A stretch of 64,000 bases of DNA, taken from positions 18,821 through 82,820 of the forward strand of contig CAIJZI010000005.1 in assembly GCA_903825105.1 (NCBI GenBank), read 5' to 3'. Position numbers and translations under genes: made by a program. The notes under the pieces were generated by a model. It saw only the letters and a program-made list of their open reading frames with translations, was not told where the DNA came from and ran no database searches. This DNA comes from an uncultured bacterium. Its GTDB lineage: Bacteria; Patescibacteriota; Minisyncoccia; Phycocordibacterales; Phycocordibacteraceae. Positions 19,878 to 28,510 of the stretch are shown here, in pieces (position 1 is the stretch's first letter; each line of letters opens with the position of its first letter).

Positions 19878-20978
19878 ATGAATATTTCAATAAATAAAAA
19901 ATTATTCTCAGAGGCTGTGCATATCGTCTCACGATTCTCTGATAAGAAAAATACAACACTTCCAGCACTCTCTTCTATTCTTATTATTGCGAGTGATGGG
20001 GAGATAAAAATGAGAGCTACAAACCTAGAAATAGGAGCGGATTTAAAAATTAATGGAAATATAAAAAGTGAAGGTGTTGTCGCTGTACCATCCTCGCTTT
20101 TACAACAAATAGCGAATTCTTTGTCAGGAGAAGGGGATATAACACTCGAACACACAGGAAATATTGTTTCGCTTACGAGCGGATCAGGAAAAAGTTCAAT
20201 AAAAACAACACTATATGAAGACTTCCCATCAATTCCTTTCCCAGAAAATACAAAAGGAAGAATGGTTATACAGGGTGTAATTCTAAAAAATATATTCACT
20301 TCAGTGGCGTCATGTGCCTCTTTGTCTACTATTCGTCCAGAACTCGCTAGTGTGTATATGACGATAGAAGGAGGTGCTTTAACAGCTGTTGCTACAGATT
20401 CTTTCAGACTTGTGGAGAAAAAAGTTCCTCTTGTTAACAAAGGTACTCAAGGAAAATTCCTTATTCCTGCAAAAAATGCTCTTGAAATAGCACAAATCCT
20501 ACCTGATGAAGAAATCATTGTGTCTTTTGACGAGCATCAATGCGCTTTTGTTAGTCCAAAAGGAATGTTCGTTTCGCGATTAACAAATGCAATCTATCCA
20601 GACTACAGACAAATCATTCCAAAAGAATCAGTGGCAGAAGCTGTGGTGTTACGAAAAGATTTTGAAACAGCTCTCAAACAAACAACCATCTTTTCTGACT
20701 CATTCCAAAAAATTCGTTTAGGTTTCGATCCAAAAAAGAATCAACTCTCTTTCTTTGCGAAGAATAATGATGTGGGAGAATCGTCCGAAACAATACAAGC
20801 GCGTATTTCTGGTGGTGCTATTGAATTATCTTTTAATCATAAATACCTAAACACCGCATTATCAATGTCATTAAATGATAGTATTTCTCTATCCTCAGCT
20901 GGAATTGGGCGACCACTTATAATCAAAGGGGTAGGGGACTCATCGTTGCTTTATCTCGTTTCCCCAATGAATCAGTAG
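19878..20978 (+). CDS. dnaN: DNA polymerase III beta sliding clamp
   Basis: 366 aa three-domain clamp, follows dnaA. Confidence 0.9.
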   Translation: MNISINKKLFSEAVHIVSRFSDKKNTTLPALSSILIIASDGEIKMRATNLEIGADLKINGNIKSEGVVAVPSSLLQQIANSLSGEGDITLEHTGNIVSLTSGSGKSSIKTTLYEDFPSIPFPENTKGRMVIQGVILKNIFTSVASCASLSTIRPELASVYMTIEGGALTAVATDSFRLVEKKVPLVNKGTQGKFLIPAKNALEIAQILPDEEIIVSFDEHQCAFVSPKGMFVSRLTNAIYPDYRQIIPKESVAEAVVLRKDFETALKQTTIFSDSFQKIRLGFDPKKNQLSFFAKNNDVGESSETIQARISGGAIELSFNHKYLNTALSMSLNDSISLSSAGIGRPLIIKGVGDSSLLYLVSPMNQ

Positions 20979-20982
20979 GTGA

Positions 20983-23133
20983 TTATTGGGTTGCTGCGGA
21001 AACAGGAACAGGAAGCATTACGCCACTAGTAAAAAGTTCTGGGTGTGAAGCATAATATGCTGACACACCGTACTCCCAATAAGCATATTGAGAATCTTGA
21101 TCAGGATTTGTTAATGGAGCGCCTTGTGGATTATTTTTGTCAGTCCAATACAATAAATCATGCGGAAAAATATTTCCATTTCTATCAGGAACTTGCCAAT
21201 TTCCCTGAAGCATCGGAGGTACTGAATTTGGAATAGTGTCTGCTTGTCCAAAATAAGTTTTTGGATATTTTGAAAGAGCATACACCATTGCTTCGTGCCA
21301 CATTGGAGCGGCGATGAAACCAGCAATTGATTTAACCATCGGCGTGTTGTCGTTATTCCCCGCCCATACGCCAAGAGCAATAGATGGTGTATAGCCAACA
21401 ACCCACGCATCTCGTGTGTCATCTGTCGTTCCAGTTTTTACCGCGACATCATATCCTGAAAAAGAGAGTGGGGAATTAAGAGGATATTCAGGAACACGCG
21501 CAGGAGCATCTGAAAGCATCCCTGAAACATCGCGCGCAATATTTGAAGACAGCACCGTAGATTGTTGTTGTACATATTTCTGAAGAATAGTGTTTTGAGA
21601 GTCATCAACTTCAAGTATTCCTGTTGGGGCGTTTTTTACTCCGTCATTTGCGAATACTGAATAAGCACCAACAAGATCAAGAAGACGGACTTCGCCACCT
21701 CCGAGGACAAGTGTGAGACCATACTGATTCGGATCTCCGAGAGTTGTGAGACCAAACGACTTTGCGAGATTTATGGCATTTTGTATACCGACAAGATATA
21801 AAACTTTAATAGCCGGGATGTTTATTGATTGTGCGAGTGCCGTCTCGAAGGTCATTGGACCACGGAATTTATTGTCGAAGTCACTTGGTGCATAACAAGG
21901 TGACTTATTATTTGTAACCGCTGATGGATTACATGCAGTTGAGAATTGAGTTGGGACATCAAAGACGACCGTGTCCCGCGTATAACCATTCATAAGAGCA
22001 AGAGAATACACAAAAGGCTTCATTGTTGATCCTGGTTGACGGAGAGAAAGTGCCGCATTGTATTGTCCATCGATATTTTTATCGAAGAAATCGCGAGAAC
22101 CAACCATTGCCAATATTTGTCCGGTTGTCGGATCTATCGCTACAAGAGAAGCGTTTGATGCTTTAAAATCCTTTTCATTTTGTAGCGCGTATTGATTTAC
22201 AATCGACTCAGCTTTTACCTCTAAATCAGCGTCAAGTGTGGTGGTAACTTTGAGTCCAGAAATAAGTGCCTGCTCCCCATATTTTTGTTCAAGCTGGTCA
22301 AGAATATAAAAAACAAAATGTGGTGCGATAATGCCGTTTTTACTCGATGGAGCAAAAGAAACATTTTCAGAAGTCGCAGAAGCATATTCGGTGTCATTTA
22401 TAAAGCCAAGGGTATGCATTCGTTCCAATACCAAATTTTTTCTCGCGTCCAACGCATCTCGGTGCGATCCATATGGGGAATAGTAGCTCGGTGCTTGAAT
22501 CATTGCGGCGAGATAAGCCGATTGTGCTAGAGAGAGATCTTTTGAAGAAATACCAAAATACGCTTCTGATGCAGCTTCTATCCCGTACAATGTCCCACCA
22601 AAAGGAATATTATTCAAATATGTTTCGAGGATCTGATCCTTTGAATAGACTTGTTCAAGCTTTATTGCCAAAATCCATTCGCGCACCTTTCTTGTTATGC
22701 TTTTTTCACTAGTGAGAAGGGTGTTTTTTACAACCTGCTGGGTGATCGTTGACCCTCCTTGAGAAGCAGAACCACCAAAAGCGTCGACGAATATCGCTCG
22801 AATAATGGAAGTTAGACGAATGCCACCATGTTGATAAAAACTAGAATCCTCGATAGCTATAGCTGCTTGTATAGCGTTTGGTGATATGTCGGATAGTTTA
22901 ACCACATCGCGGCGTGCGTCACGATTGTAGTCATAAAGAAGTACCTGACCGGTACGATCGTAAATCTTTGTAGACTGCGCCACTTGTCTATTAGTAAATG
23001 AGCTAATGTCTGGGGTAGGGGTAGTGGCAATAAAAATAATGCCAATTCCAGCAAAAAAGAATATAAGACCAAAAACAATAAGTCCGAATCGAATAAGGAT
23101 ATTTCTTTGTTTTAAACCACGACGAGAAACCAT
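20983..23133 (-). CDS. class A penicillin-binding protein (transglycosylase/transpeptidase)
   Basis: 716 aa; N-terminal TM, GT51 motifs (EDSSFYQHGG), transpeptidase STMKP/SxN/KTG. Confidence 0.85.
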   Translation of the reverse strand: MVSRRGLKQRNILIRFGLIVFGLIFFFAGIGIIFIATTPTPDISSFTNRQVAQSTKIYDRTGQVLLYDYNRDARRDVVKLSDISPNAIQAAIAIEDSSFYQHGGIRLTSIIRAIFVDAFGGSASQGGSTITQQVVKNTLLTSEKSITRKVREWILAIKLEQVYSKDQILETYLNNIPFGGTLYGIEAASEAYFGISSKDLSLAQSAYLAAMIQAPSYYSPYGSHRDALDARKNLVLERMHTLGFINDTEYASATSENVSFAPSSKNGIIAPHFVFYILDQLEQKYGEQALISGLKVTTTLDADLEVKAESIVNQYALQNEKDFKASNASLVAIDPTTGQILAMVGSRDFFDKNIDGQYNAALSLRQPGSTMKPFVYSLALMNGYTRDTVVFDVPTQFSTACNPSAVTNNKSPCYAPSDFDNKFRGPMTFETALAQSINIPAIKVLYLVGIQNAINLAKSFGLTTLGDPNQYGLTLVLGGGEVRLLDLVGAYSVFANDGVKNAPTGILEVDDSQNTILQKYVQQQSTVLSSNIARDVSGMLSDAPARVPEYPLNSPLSFSGYDVAVKTGTTDDTRDAWVVGYTPSIALGVWAGNNDNTPMVKSIAGFIAAPMWHEAMVYALSKYPKTYFGQADTIPNSVPPMLQGNWQVPDRNGNIFPHDLLYWTDKNNPQGAPLTNPDQDSQYAYWEYGVSAYYASHPELFTSGVMLPVPVSAATQ

Positions 23134-23145
23134 TCTTTAAATAAT

Positions 23146-23183
23146 AACACGAGCGCTCCTTTTTTTAACGGAGCGCTCGTGTT
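23146..23183. terminator. hairpin aacacgagcgctcc-TTTTTTT-aacggagcgctcgtgtt
   Basis: 14-bp stem flanking T-run. Confidence 0.5.
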
Positions 23184-23373
23184 ATATGAATTAATTAAAA
23201 CTCATCCTCATCCTCTAAACCTTCAATTCGTGGGCCATCCTCCTCCTCTTCAATTTCTTCACCATCTATCAATTCATCTTCATCATCAAAACTAGGCATA
23301 TGTGTATGTTATGGGTTAACCCCACACAGGGGCTGATACATTTAAGCAAAATAGATTTTTTCTGCAAGTGCCT

Positions 23374-23865
23374 TTATTTTTTACCTGTGGATTGTATTAA
23401 AAAACCTGTGGCGAGCGCGGTAATACCAATAGCGATGGCGTCGAGCTCATCATCAAGGCGTTTCTTTTTCGGTAAATTAAGAAGGAGGGGAACCATTCTC
23501 TCAATCGATTTTTTGTCTGCGCCGCCATGGCCGGTAACGGCTAATTTTATTTGTTGAGGTGAAAATTCAATAACCGGAATCGATTGTATACCCGCTGCGG
23601 CAAGGATCGCGCCGCGCGCCTCAGCGACTTTGAGCGCCGTCTTTTTATTAATACTAAAAAACAATGTTTCAATCGCCAATATATCAGGAGCGTATTTTTT
23701 AATCGCCGCAGAAACAGCTTGTGAGATTGTAGCGAGCCGTTCAGAGCTCACACCCTTGTCTGGCACTATACAATCGCTCCAAACAAGTGTCGGTCGTGAA
23801 GAATTACCTTCAACGATCGCAATGCCCATACGATCATACCCAGGGTCAATCGCCACTATTCTCAT
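23374..23865 (-). CDS. ruvC: crossover junction endodeoxyribonuclease RuvC
   Basis: MRIVAIDPG...catalytic acidic residues; ORF trimmed to ATG 23865. Confidence 0.85.
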   Translation of the reverse strand: MRIVAIDPGYDRMGIAIVEGNSSRPTLVWSDCIVPDKGVSSERLATISQAVSAAIKKYAPDILAIETLFFSINKKTALKVAEARGAILAAAGIQSIPVIEFSPQQIKLAVTGHGGADKKSIERMVPLLLNLPKKKRLDDELDAIAIGITALATGFLIQSTGKK

Positions 23866-24397
23866 AGCCTGTGGCATTGGTAAAAACTCCCTGCACATCT
23901 TCGTGCTCATCGAGCACTTCTATAAGAGCGACTAGTTTTTCTTCATCAGCACCTGATATCTCAAGAGTGGTGGTAGGAACATAAGAATCACCAGTTTTGG
24001 TAAATGCCCACTGTGCTGACCCTGGAGGAGCGATTTCAGTTCCGTGGGTAACCAGAAGATGTTTCAATTCTTGTGTGGTGCGATTTTTATTATCCGTCAT
24101 CGCATCGATAAGAATGGCGACACCGGCCGGGCCGTAGGTTTCATAAAGATTGTGAGCTAACTCACCAGAATCTTTTGAAACACCTTTCGCAACAGCGCGT
24201 TCGATATTGTCTTTTGGCATATTCGCCGCCTTCGCTTTATTTATCGCAGAAGCGAGAGACGGGTCAGAAACATTTCCTTGTGATCTTTTCGATTCAAAGG
24301 CAATCAGACGCGCGTGGCGCGCGAAGATTCTGCTTTTAGCAGCATCTGTCACCGACTTCTGATGTTTAATTTGTGACCATTTACTGTGTCCGGACAT
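23846..24397 (-). CDS. yebC: YebC/PmpR-family transcriptional regulator (shortened, 183 aa)
   Basis: MSGHSKWSQIKHQK... N-terminus and DVQ C-terminal motif; middle domain apparently absent. Confidence 0.75.
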   Translation of the reverse strand: MSGHSKWSQIKHQKSVTDAAKSRIFARHARLIAFESKRSQGNVSDPSLASAINKAKAANMPKDNIERAVAKGVSKDSGELAHNLYETYGPAGVAILIDAMTDNKNRTTQELKHLLVTHGTEIAPPGSAQWAFTKTGDSYVPTTTLEISGADEEKLVALIEVLDEHEDVQGVFTNATGYENSGD

Positions 24398-24399
24398 AA

Positions 24400-25395
24400 T
24401 TAAAATAAATTAGATTTTTCGCCAAGGTATTCGCGGCCTTTTTGGGTCAGTATGCGACCACGCGGTGAGCGTTCGATAAAGCCAAGGCGGAGTAAATACG
24501 GTTCGTAGACATATTCGACCGTGTCAGAATCTTCGTGAAGCCCCGCGGCGAGCGCGCGAACGCCAGCGGGGCCACCATGAAAACTCTTTTTGAGAGTTTC
24601 GAGATAGCGGCGATCATCTTTCGTCAGGCCAAACTCATCGATACCGAAAAGTTCACACGCTTCATCACAAAGTTCTGGAGAAATCTTTTGTTCTTTTACC
24701 TCAGAGAAGTCACGAATGCGCTTTAGAAGAGAATTGGCGACGCGCGGTGTCGCGCGGCTTCTCTTCGCTATACTTTTTATTACCCCATCAGACACCGAGA
24801 GTTTCAGTAGGTGAGCAGAGCGGCGAATAATATCCTGCAAATCTTCATCAGTATAAAAATCGAGTTGGAAGGTGCCGCCGCCAAAACGGGAGCGAAGAGG
24901 TCCAGAAAGTTCGGCAACGCGCGTGGTCGCGCCAACAAGAGTGAATGGTGGAAGAGCGAGCTCGACTGTGCGCGCCGACGGGCCTTTCCCAAGCACGATA
25001 TCGAGATGTCCCGATTCAAGCGCTGGATACAGCAATTCTTCTATTTTCCGAGACAACCGATGAATTTCATCAATAAAAAGAACGGTGTTCGGCTCGAGGT
25101 TGGTCAATATGGCGGCGAGATCTCCTGCGCGCTCAATAGCGACTCCGGAAGTGCTCTTAAGCGGCGATTCAAGCGTCGCAGCGACCAAATAGGCGAGCGT
25201 CGTCTTCCCGACGCCTGGCGGGCCGTAGAAAAGAATGTGTTCGGGCATCCCTCCACGCTTCTTCGCAGCATCAATCGAGATGCTCACATTCGCTTTAACC
25301 TGCTTTTGTCCGACATATTCGTCCCACCGGCTCGGGCGTAGCGCGGCGTCAAGAGAAGTAGACAAATCATCGGAGAGCTTCGGAGCTATTGACAT
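24400..25395 (-). CDS. ruvB: Holliday junction branch migration ATPase RuvB
   Basis: GPPGVGKTTLA Walker A, sensor motifs, 331 aa. Confidence 0.9.
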   Translation of the reverse strand: MSIAPKLSDDLSTSLDAALRPSRWDEYVGQKQVKANVSISIDAAKKRGGMPEHILFYGPPGVGKTTLAYLVAATLESPLKSTSGVAIERAGDLAAILTNLEPNTVLFIDEIHRLSRKIEELLYPALESGHLDIVLGKGPSARTVELALPPFTLVGATTRVAELSGPLRSRFGGGTFQLDFYTDEDLQDIIRRSAHLLKLSVSDGVIKSIAKRSRATPRVANSLLKRIRDFSEVKEQKISPELCDEACELFGIDEFGLTKDDRRYLETLKKSFHGGPAGVRALAAGLHEDSDTVEYVYEPYLLRLGFIERSPRGRILTQKGREYLGEKSNLF

Positions 25396-25637
25396 AAAAA
25401 TAATACGATGCTAACATTCTAGCATAGATTTTTGATCCTGTTCATACTCCTCTAGGCAAGGGCTTGACGGCTTTTGGCGTTTCCCCAAGGATTCTCTGGT
25501 CCGCTACTTCGGTAGTGATGCTGTGGATCTCCTCAGGTGCTACGCCTTCGCCCGCCATTGGCGGGATTTTGCCTTGAGGATTCTGGACGGGATTTGTTCT
25601 TTTGCAAAATCAATCACAAAAAGAAAGGAGAAGAAAA

Positions 25638-25844
25638 GTGGAGCAAACAGAACGGGAGAAAGAGATCGTCAAGAAACTCAGCGAGATGCACAAAAACCAC
25701 ACAACAGACCCTTGGATTTTGTGCGCGGTGGCATTCCATGAATTTGATCCTCAACATACGTACATTGCGGAGTACACCGTACTACAACTACAAGAAGAGC
25801 TGTTTGAGATATGCCACACCCGCGGGGACAAGTGGACGCGGTAA
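25638..25844 (+). CDS. hypothetical small protein (GTG start after AAAGGAG RBS)
   Basis: 68 aa; structured GC-rich leader upstream with terminator-like hairpin at 25550..25570. Confidence 0.35.
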   Translation: MEQTEREKEIVKKLSEMHKNHTTDPWILCAVAFHEFDPQHTYIAEYTVLQLQEELFEICHTRGDKWTR

Positions 25845-25852
25845 AACAGGTT

Positions 25853-25890
25853 AGGCTAGGAGATGATTTTGTCTCCTAGCCTTTCTTTTT
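25853..25890. terminator. hairpin aggctaggagat-gatttt-gtctcctagcct + T-run between convergent small ORF and pilB
   Basis: 12-bp stem. Confidence 0.6.
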
Positions 25891-27559
25891 ACCTTGGCAG
25901 ATCGACAGTACCAGCGACTTCGGAGAGGGAGGTGGCGCCGGCGAGGGCTTTGAGAATGCCGTCTTGTGCCATGGTGAGATAGCCTTGTTTTGTTACCAAT
26001 TTTGCAATTTCATTTTCTGGTGGATTGTCGCGGAGAAAGTTCGCGAGCTCGTCATCCATAAAAATAGCTTCATAGAGACCGACGCGACCTTTGTATCCCG
26101 TCTCATCTTCATTCGCTGGCGAAGGCTCCCAAACCGTTTCTATTTTTTCTGGAATCAAACTTTTATCAGTAATTGTTTCAAAGACTTTTCCAATCATTTT
26201 TTTCTCATCATCGGTGAGTGGGCGTTCTTTTTTCTTTTCTGGGTCGAGCTTTCTTAAAAGGCGTTGTGCCATCGAGACGGTTACCGAAGAACCAAATGAT
26301 TTTGGGTCTGCGCCGAGGTCGACGAGGCGCGGGAAGGTGCCAGCCGCATTGTTGGTGTGAAGGGTAGAGAAGACGAAGTGGCCTGTGAGCGCCGCTTGGA
26401 TAGCGATATTCGCCGTCTCTCCATCGCGGATTTCGCCAACCATGATGATGTCTGGGTCTTGGCGCACAATCGAGCGAAGCCCTTCGGCAAAAGTATATTT
26501 CCCATCAACCACTTGTGTCTGGACAATGCCGTCGAGGTGATATTCAACCGGGTCTTCAATAGTAATTATTTTTATTTCTGGCGTATGGATTTCGCGTAAG
26601 AAAGAATAAAGAGTGGTCGTTTTACCAGAGCCGGTTGGGCCGGTGGTGAGGAGCATGCCGTTTGGTCTTCTAATTTCTGCTTCGAGTCGCGCGAGCAGCT
26701 TCGGGTGAATGCCGAGCTCTTTATACGAAACTTTTGTCGCTTCAGGGTCGAGAATACGCATCACGATTGACTCGCCATAATTGCCAGGGATAAACGAAAC
26801 ACGAATTTCAATCTGATTATTTCCTCGTACAATACTAAAACGCCCGTCTTGTGCGCGATTCGTCACATTCAATTTCATTCCTGAGAGTAACTTGATGCGC
26901 GAATTGAGCTGATGGTAGGTCGCTGGGTCAAATAAATAAGTATCCGAGAGAATACCATCAACACGAAGTCGCAGAAGTGTTTTGTCCTCGCTTGGTTCGA
27001 AGTGAATGTCTGACGAACGAAGAGCGAACGCACCAGCGAAGATTGTTTCAAGTGTGTGAGAAATTCTATCGAGCGATTTTAATGCTGTTATTGAATCGAG
27101 ATCCTGTTTCAATGCACTTTTCGTTTTTATTTCGTCAGTGATTTTCTTAAGGGTTTCTGGTGCAAGGGTGAAGACACCCACTTTTGATTCTGTTGAAAAC
27201 AACAAGTCTTTATATCGAGCAAATGCTTTGTCTAAACTTTTTTTTGAAACAAGGAATTCATTTAGCGTAAATTCGCGTGCGACCAGACCATCTTTCAATT
27301 TTAATAGTGCTGGATTATTTGGATTATGAACGGCGAGAGAGATTGTCTTTGCATTTTTAGCAAAAGCGACCGCTTCAGCTGCGCGCGCCTCTTCTTCTGG
27401 AATAACACGTAGAGCTTCGTTGTCTATTTCTTGGGATGACAAATCAACATAGGCAATGCCATATTTTTGAGAAAGAATTTGTGCGACATCCTCCTCTTCG
27501 CGCTCACGGATAGAAGAAATCTCTTCTTCAGTATGTTTTGAATCAAAAAGTGCGTCCAT
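25889..27559 (-). CDS. pilB: type IV pilus assembly ATPase PilB (GspE family)
   Basis: TGPTGSGKTTTL Walker A, Asp/His boxes, N-terminal GSPII-type domain; 556 aa. Confidence 0.85.
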   Translation of the reverse strand: MDALFDSKHTEEEISSIREREEEDVAQILSQKYGIAYVDLSSQEIDNEALRVIPEEEARAAEAVAFAKNAKTISLAVHNPNNPALLKLKDGLVAREFTLNEFLVSKKSLDKAFARYKDLLFSTESKVGVFTLAPETLKKITDEIKTKSALKQDLDSITALKSLDRISHTLETIFAGAFALRSSDIHFEPSEDKTLLRLRVDGILSDTYLFDPATYHQLNSRIKLLSGMKLNVTNRAQDGRFSIVRGNNQIEIRVSFIPGNYGESIVMRILDPEATKVSYKELGIHPKLLARLEAEIRRPNGMLLTTGPTGSGKTTTLYSFLREIHTPEIKIITIEDPVEYHLDGIVQTQVVDGKYTFAEGLRSIVRQDPDIIMVGEIRDGETANIAIQAALTGHFVFSTLHTNNAAGTFPRLVDLGADPKSFGSSVTVSMAQRLLRKLDPEKKKERPLTDDEKKMIGKVFETITDKSLIPEKIETVWEPSPANEDETGYKGRVGLYEAIFMDDELANFLRDNPPENEIAKLVTKQGYLTMAQDGILKALAGATSLSEVAGTVDLPR

Positions 27560-27657
27560 ATCAATAATAATACACGGATACAGCGGCTCGATAAGTGCGA
27601 TTTGACAATAGTGTTGATTTAAGTATTATTAATTTTGGAAACAGAAGGGGTAATCTG

Positions 27658-27999
27658 ATGAAAATTGTAAAGATTCTCTGTGTTCTTTTCTTCTGTATTT
27701 GTGCGTTCGCCGCGAGCGCGTAGCAGTCGTGCATAACGATAAACGGCGTTCCGTACTGTCCGCAGCGGGCACAACAGGTACCCGCTATGCAACCGGTCGT
27801 TGTGCCTCAGCCAATATGTCCTCTTGGGACGCAGTCTGTAATGACTCAGTACGGGCTTGTGTGCGCCAATATGTACTCACTATACGGACCACAGTACTTT
27901 ATGCCTGTCGTCGTGGGGCGCCGTGCAGTTTTTGTATCGATACAGTTTGGCGGAGGGTATGGCCAGGTCTGTATAGGCAGAAGGTTTTGCATTCAGTAA
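27658..27999 (+). pseudogene. secreted Cys-rich small protein gene interrupted by one in-frame TAG (27721..27723)
   Basis: ATG 27658 after GAAGGGG RBS encodes MKIVKILCVLFFCICAFAASA then TAG; same frame continues as Cys-rich ORF 27724..27999 (track ORF 27787..27999). Confidence 0.4.
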
Positions 28000-28060
28000 T
28001 ACCGTGCGCCCTTCTTTCGTAGGAGGGCGCATTTCTCTTTTCGGCTGTACAATAAAGGGA

Positions 28061-28510
28061 ATGGAAACGAAGGTCCAAAATCTTGAAGAAATGCACGCAG
28101 AAGCAACGCGTTTTCTGGGCGGATTACATAAAAAAGAAGACGGTGCGATGCTGATAACTCTCTCTGGCGAACTCGGAGCGGGGAAGACCGCTTTTGTAAA
28201 AATGATCGCGCAGGAGCTCGGCGTCGATGACTTGGTAACCAGCCCAACGTTCGTTCTCGAGAAGATTTATTCACTTGGAGGTCCGACCTCCAAGTTCGCG
28301 CAGTTCGCGCGTCTTATTCACATAGATGCGTATCGTCTCGAAGATGGAAAAGATTTGTCAGCTATAGGCTTTGATGAAATTTTACAAGATCCAGATAATC
28401 TTATTTTTCTCGAATGGCCAGAAAAAGTTGAGAATAATCTGCCCAAAACCGCCCACAAGATTTCTATAAAAGTTCTTTCTGACGATTCTCGTCTCATTTC
28501 TTATGACTAA
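28061..28510 (+). CDS. tsaE: tRNA threonylcarbamoyladenosine biosynthesis ATPase TsaE
   Basis: LSGELGAGKTAFVK P-loop and TSPTF motif; ATG 28061 after AAAGGGA. Confidence 0.8.
   Translation: METKVQNLEEMHAEATRFLGGLHKKEDGAMLITLSGELGAGKTAFVKMIAQELGVDDLVTSPTFVLEKIYSLGGPTSKFAQFARLIHIDAYRLEDGKDLSAIGFDEILQDPDNLIFLEWPEKVENNLPKTAHKISIKVLSDDSRLISYD

Noticed and set aside
23195-23299. 34-codon minus-strand ORF encoding an extremely acidic peptide (MPSFDDEDELIDGEEIEEEEDGPRIEGLEDEDEF) upstream of the PBP gene
   Set aside because: The DNA is low-complexity (tcatcc repeats). There is no RBS, and a terminator hairpin sits between it and the downstream gene. It could be real but the evidence is insufficient.
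25523-25854. Overlapping plus-strand ORFs 25523..25741 and 25537..25854
   Set aside because: They are in different frames from the RBS-supported GTG ORF, and they span the predicted leader hairpins. They are treated as non-coding.
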